From a virus (lineage: Duplodnaviria > Caudoviricetes), in IMG/VR virus record IMGVR_UViG_3300029288_000113, positions 1-64,000 of that record: DNA of 64,000 nt; one strand, 5' to 3'. The notes below the pieces were generated by a model. It saw nothing but the letters and a program-made list of their open reading frames with translations, was not told the origin of the DNA and ran no database searches. Numbering within the stretch: position 1 is the stretch's first letter; every line of letters begins with the position of its first letter. The translations under genes and the position numbers were made by a program. Positions 61,744-64,000 of this stretch are shown here, in pieces.

Positions 61744-64000
61744 GTGGATCTCGGTGCCCTATTTGCCACATTTGGAGTTGACTCTAGCCAACTAAAGAGG
61801 CTCGAGGGCGAGCTGAACAATGTTGATCGGCAGGCCGCATCCACATTTGGCAATATGGGAGGGTATGCATCATCGGCCATGTCACAGATTGCCGGCATTG
61901 TTGGTGTTACCCTGACTGTTGCCGGGGCGTTTTATGCAGTGGAAAGGGCGGTCAGGTTCTCCATCCAGGCCCAGGAGGAGTTCCGAATCAAGACAATTGA
62001 GATTGGTTCGGGTCTGACCAACCTGGCCAAGGAGGGACAGGGTTCATATGAGAAGATGTTTCGGCAGAATTTCCAGTATGCCCAGAAAATGTATGAGGAA
62101 ATCAGAAAGGAGGATGCCAAACGGTTTGCCTCTGCTGATGACTTGATGACGGCATACAATGCCCTTGTCCAGAAGGGATACGGAGTCCGTCTTGATGAGG
62201 TTGATGCCTTGGGTGTGCTGACCGACAAGATCAAGCTGGCAACTGCAGGTCAGAACACACAGCTTCAGATCAACCAGGAGATCAGGGGCCTGCTGGATGG
62301 CCAGGTCAGGGCCGGCTCACTGTTGGGCATGGAGTTGCAATCAAGGCTGGGACCGCAATGGAAGGACCTGGTGGCCCAGCACCGCAATGCAGGCACCCTG
62401 CTACAGTGGCTGGCCTCCATGTGGCCTGGCATCGCAGCTGCCTGTGCTGAGGTTGAGAAGACTCTGGAGGCCCAGTCCACCACATTGACCGGCAATCTGA
62501 AGTCGATAGGCAGGCAGGGAATGGAAGGGGCATACATAGCAATTGTCAATATCCTGAGGGATATCAATGATTATTTGAGGGAAAATGAGGCCATAATAGT
62601 TGATAAGATCGTGTCCGCCTGGACCACTGTCGAGTTCTATACCAGGAAGGTATTAGATAATATTGAGTCCATGAACAAGGCCACGTCGGTATCCGTGCCA
62701 ACCAACCCGCAGGAAAGGACAACCGGTCAGCAGGCATTCATGGCCTGGAGGGAGGCATTCGACCCCATTAATTGGATGAATTCCCTACTGACCACAGGTA
62801 AATTTCTTTGGAATGGGATCATTGATTCCATTGGGAATGCATGGGATTCGGCACAAAGGCTGTCATCTGTGGTTAAGGACTTAATGGATTATATCTCTGA
62901 AACTTCCGTCTTTAAAAATTGGTATGATAGTGCCGTTGAACTGAAGGCGGAAATAGAGGACATCAAATCCAAGGTTTCCTGGTTGGTCGGCATTTTCTCC
63001 AGTTCCATGGATTGGGTGGTAAATGTTAGGTTCGGGGGCCTGCCAGCCTGGCTTGGATCCTGGTTCAGTGGTCCACAGGCAGGTCCTCCCGCCGTGCCAG
63101 TCCCACGTATCACTGTTCCGGACAAGAGTCTGGAGACCGCGATCAAGCAAGCCCAAGACAAGGCAAGGGGGCTCGTCACAATAGGTCTTCCGACCCAAGG
63201 TGTTGTGACGGTGCCATATTCAATGGTCCCGGAAAAATGGGGCGGCCCAGCTGTTGGTCAGACAGTGCCCAAGCCACCACCGGCAGGAAAGGAAAAGGGT
63301 GGCAAGGGGGCCGAGGCCGAGGCCAACCGCCTCATGTCCCTATACGACACCCTGACCAAGGATATCGCCAGGCTGTCCGAGGGCCGCCTGTCGGAAGTTG
63401 ATGCCAACCTCGAGAAGACCATCGATCAGATATACAAGAAGACTGAGCAAAGGGCCGTATCTGAGGCCGAGGTCGAGGTACTGGCCCGTAAGCGTGCGGC
63501 ACTGCAGAAAGCCAAGATCGAGGAGGATTTCTGGTCCAGGATGGCCCGGGAGTCAGGGGATGCCTATGCCGCCATAAGGGTGGAGGCCGACAATTGGCTC
63601 AAGGACACGCAGGGCATCCAGGGTGCAGCGGCTGCCATTGAGGAATGGAGGATCAGGAAGACCAAGGCCGAGGACATCAACAGGCTGACCGAGTCCCTCG
63701 GCATGCAGAAACAGTTCTATGACCAGATGGCCCAGCTCTCCCCGGAACTGCAGGCACAAAACCGCTACAAGCAGCTCAGCCTGGACCTGGAGAACAAGAT
63801 GGCCCTGCTGGCCATAGACAAGCTGCTGGCCGAGAAGAGATATCTTGAGCCCCTCCGTGAGCAACTGTATGCCCAACAGGAGATGGTCAATGGGGCCAAG
63901 CAGTTCAACCTTGAGATGGAGAAGAACAAGGGCCTGTCCGGATGGGCATTCAGGCGCGCCCAGGAGGTGCAGAGCAAGGACACCATCAGTGACCTGGTCT
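61744..64000 (+). CDS. Tail tape measure protein (runs off window)
   Basis: GTG start, MDLGALFATFGVDSSQL...; helical Ala/Glu-rich frame with no stop seen; follows the chaperones. Confidence 0.85.
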   Translation, partial: MDLGALFATFGVDSSQLKRLEGELNNVDRQAASTFGNMGGYASSAMSQIAGIVGVTLTVAGAFYAVERAVRFSIQAQEEFRIKTIEIGSGLTNLAKEGQGSYEKMFRQNFQYAQKMYEEIRKEDAKRFASADDLMTAYNALVQKGYGVRLDEVDALGVLTDKIKLATAGQNTQLQINQEIRGLLDGQVRAGSLLGMELQSRLGPQWKDLVAQHRNAGTLLQWLASMWPGIAAACAEVEKTLEAQSTTLTGNLKSIGRQGMEGAYIAIVNILRDINDYLRENEAIIVDKIVSAWTTVEFYTRKVLDNIESMNKATSVSVPTNPQERTTGQQAFMAWREAFDPINWMNSLLTTGKFLWNGIIDSIGNAWDSAQRLSSVVKDLMDYISETSVFKNWYDSAVELKAEIEDIKSKVSWLVGIFSSSMDWVVNVRFGGLPAWLGSWFSGPQAGPPAVPVPRITVPDKSLETAIKQAQDKARGLVTIGLPTQGVVTVPYSMVPEKWGGPAVGQTVPKPPPAGKEKGGKGAEAEANRLMSLYDTLTKDIARLSEGRLSEVDANLEKTIDQIYKKTEQRAVSEAEVEVLARKRAALQKAKIEEDFWSRMARESGDAYAAIRVEADNWLKDTQGIQGAAAAIEEWRIRKTKAEDINRLTESLGMQKQFYDQMAQLSPELQAQNRYKQLSLDLENKMALLAIDKLLAEKRYLEPLREQLYAQQEMVNGAKQFNLEMEKNKGLSGWAFRRAQEVQSKDTISDLV

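Noticed and set aside
1-64000. Integrase/att sites, IS elements, introns, reverse transcriptase/DGR, rRNA
   Set aside because: No supporting motifs seen; lifestyle and host cannot be assigned from this window.

Overview
The window is an internal 64-kb segment of a large, GC-rich tailed dsDNA phage genome with siphovirus-type tail genes. No integrase, host genes or genome ends are visible. Positions 1-20.6 kb are a leftward early/replication arm: thymidylate-synthase-like gene, HAD hydrolase, replication initiator with internal iterons, primase, two helicases, a sigma factor, DUF262 and many short ORFs. Positions 20.7-64 kb are rightward: terminase small subunit, tRNA-Arg(CCT), tRNA-Pro(TGG), a second sigma factor, 5'-3' exonuclease, terminase large subunit, portal, MuF, prohead protease, capsid, an ~19-kb insert (SpeD, lysis genes, glycosyl/methyl/sulfo-transferases, carbohydrate-active proteins), then head-tail, tail tube, chaperones and a partial tape measure gene. 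Four signals stand out. (1) Nine hammerhead-ribozyme-like elements punctuate the early operon at gene junctions, several with covarying core variants (G3-C8, U15-A16, C4) and covarying pseudoknots. (2) A repeated (H/N)SNPCH...(Q/R)FC tag introduces ADP-ribosyltransferase-like cargo into the portal and MuF polyproteins, bounded by putative prohead-protease sites. (3) A sulfation/methylation/glycosylation cluster sits among the virion genes. (4) A 35-bp late-promoter motif shares TAGGGTT with the origin iterons and is followed in two cases by a conserved terminator-containing leader. All calls come from reading motifs by eye; no searches were run.
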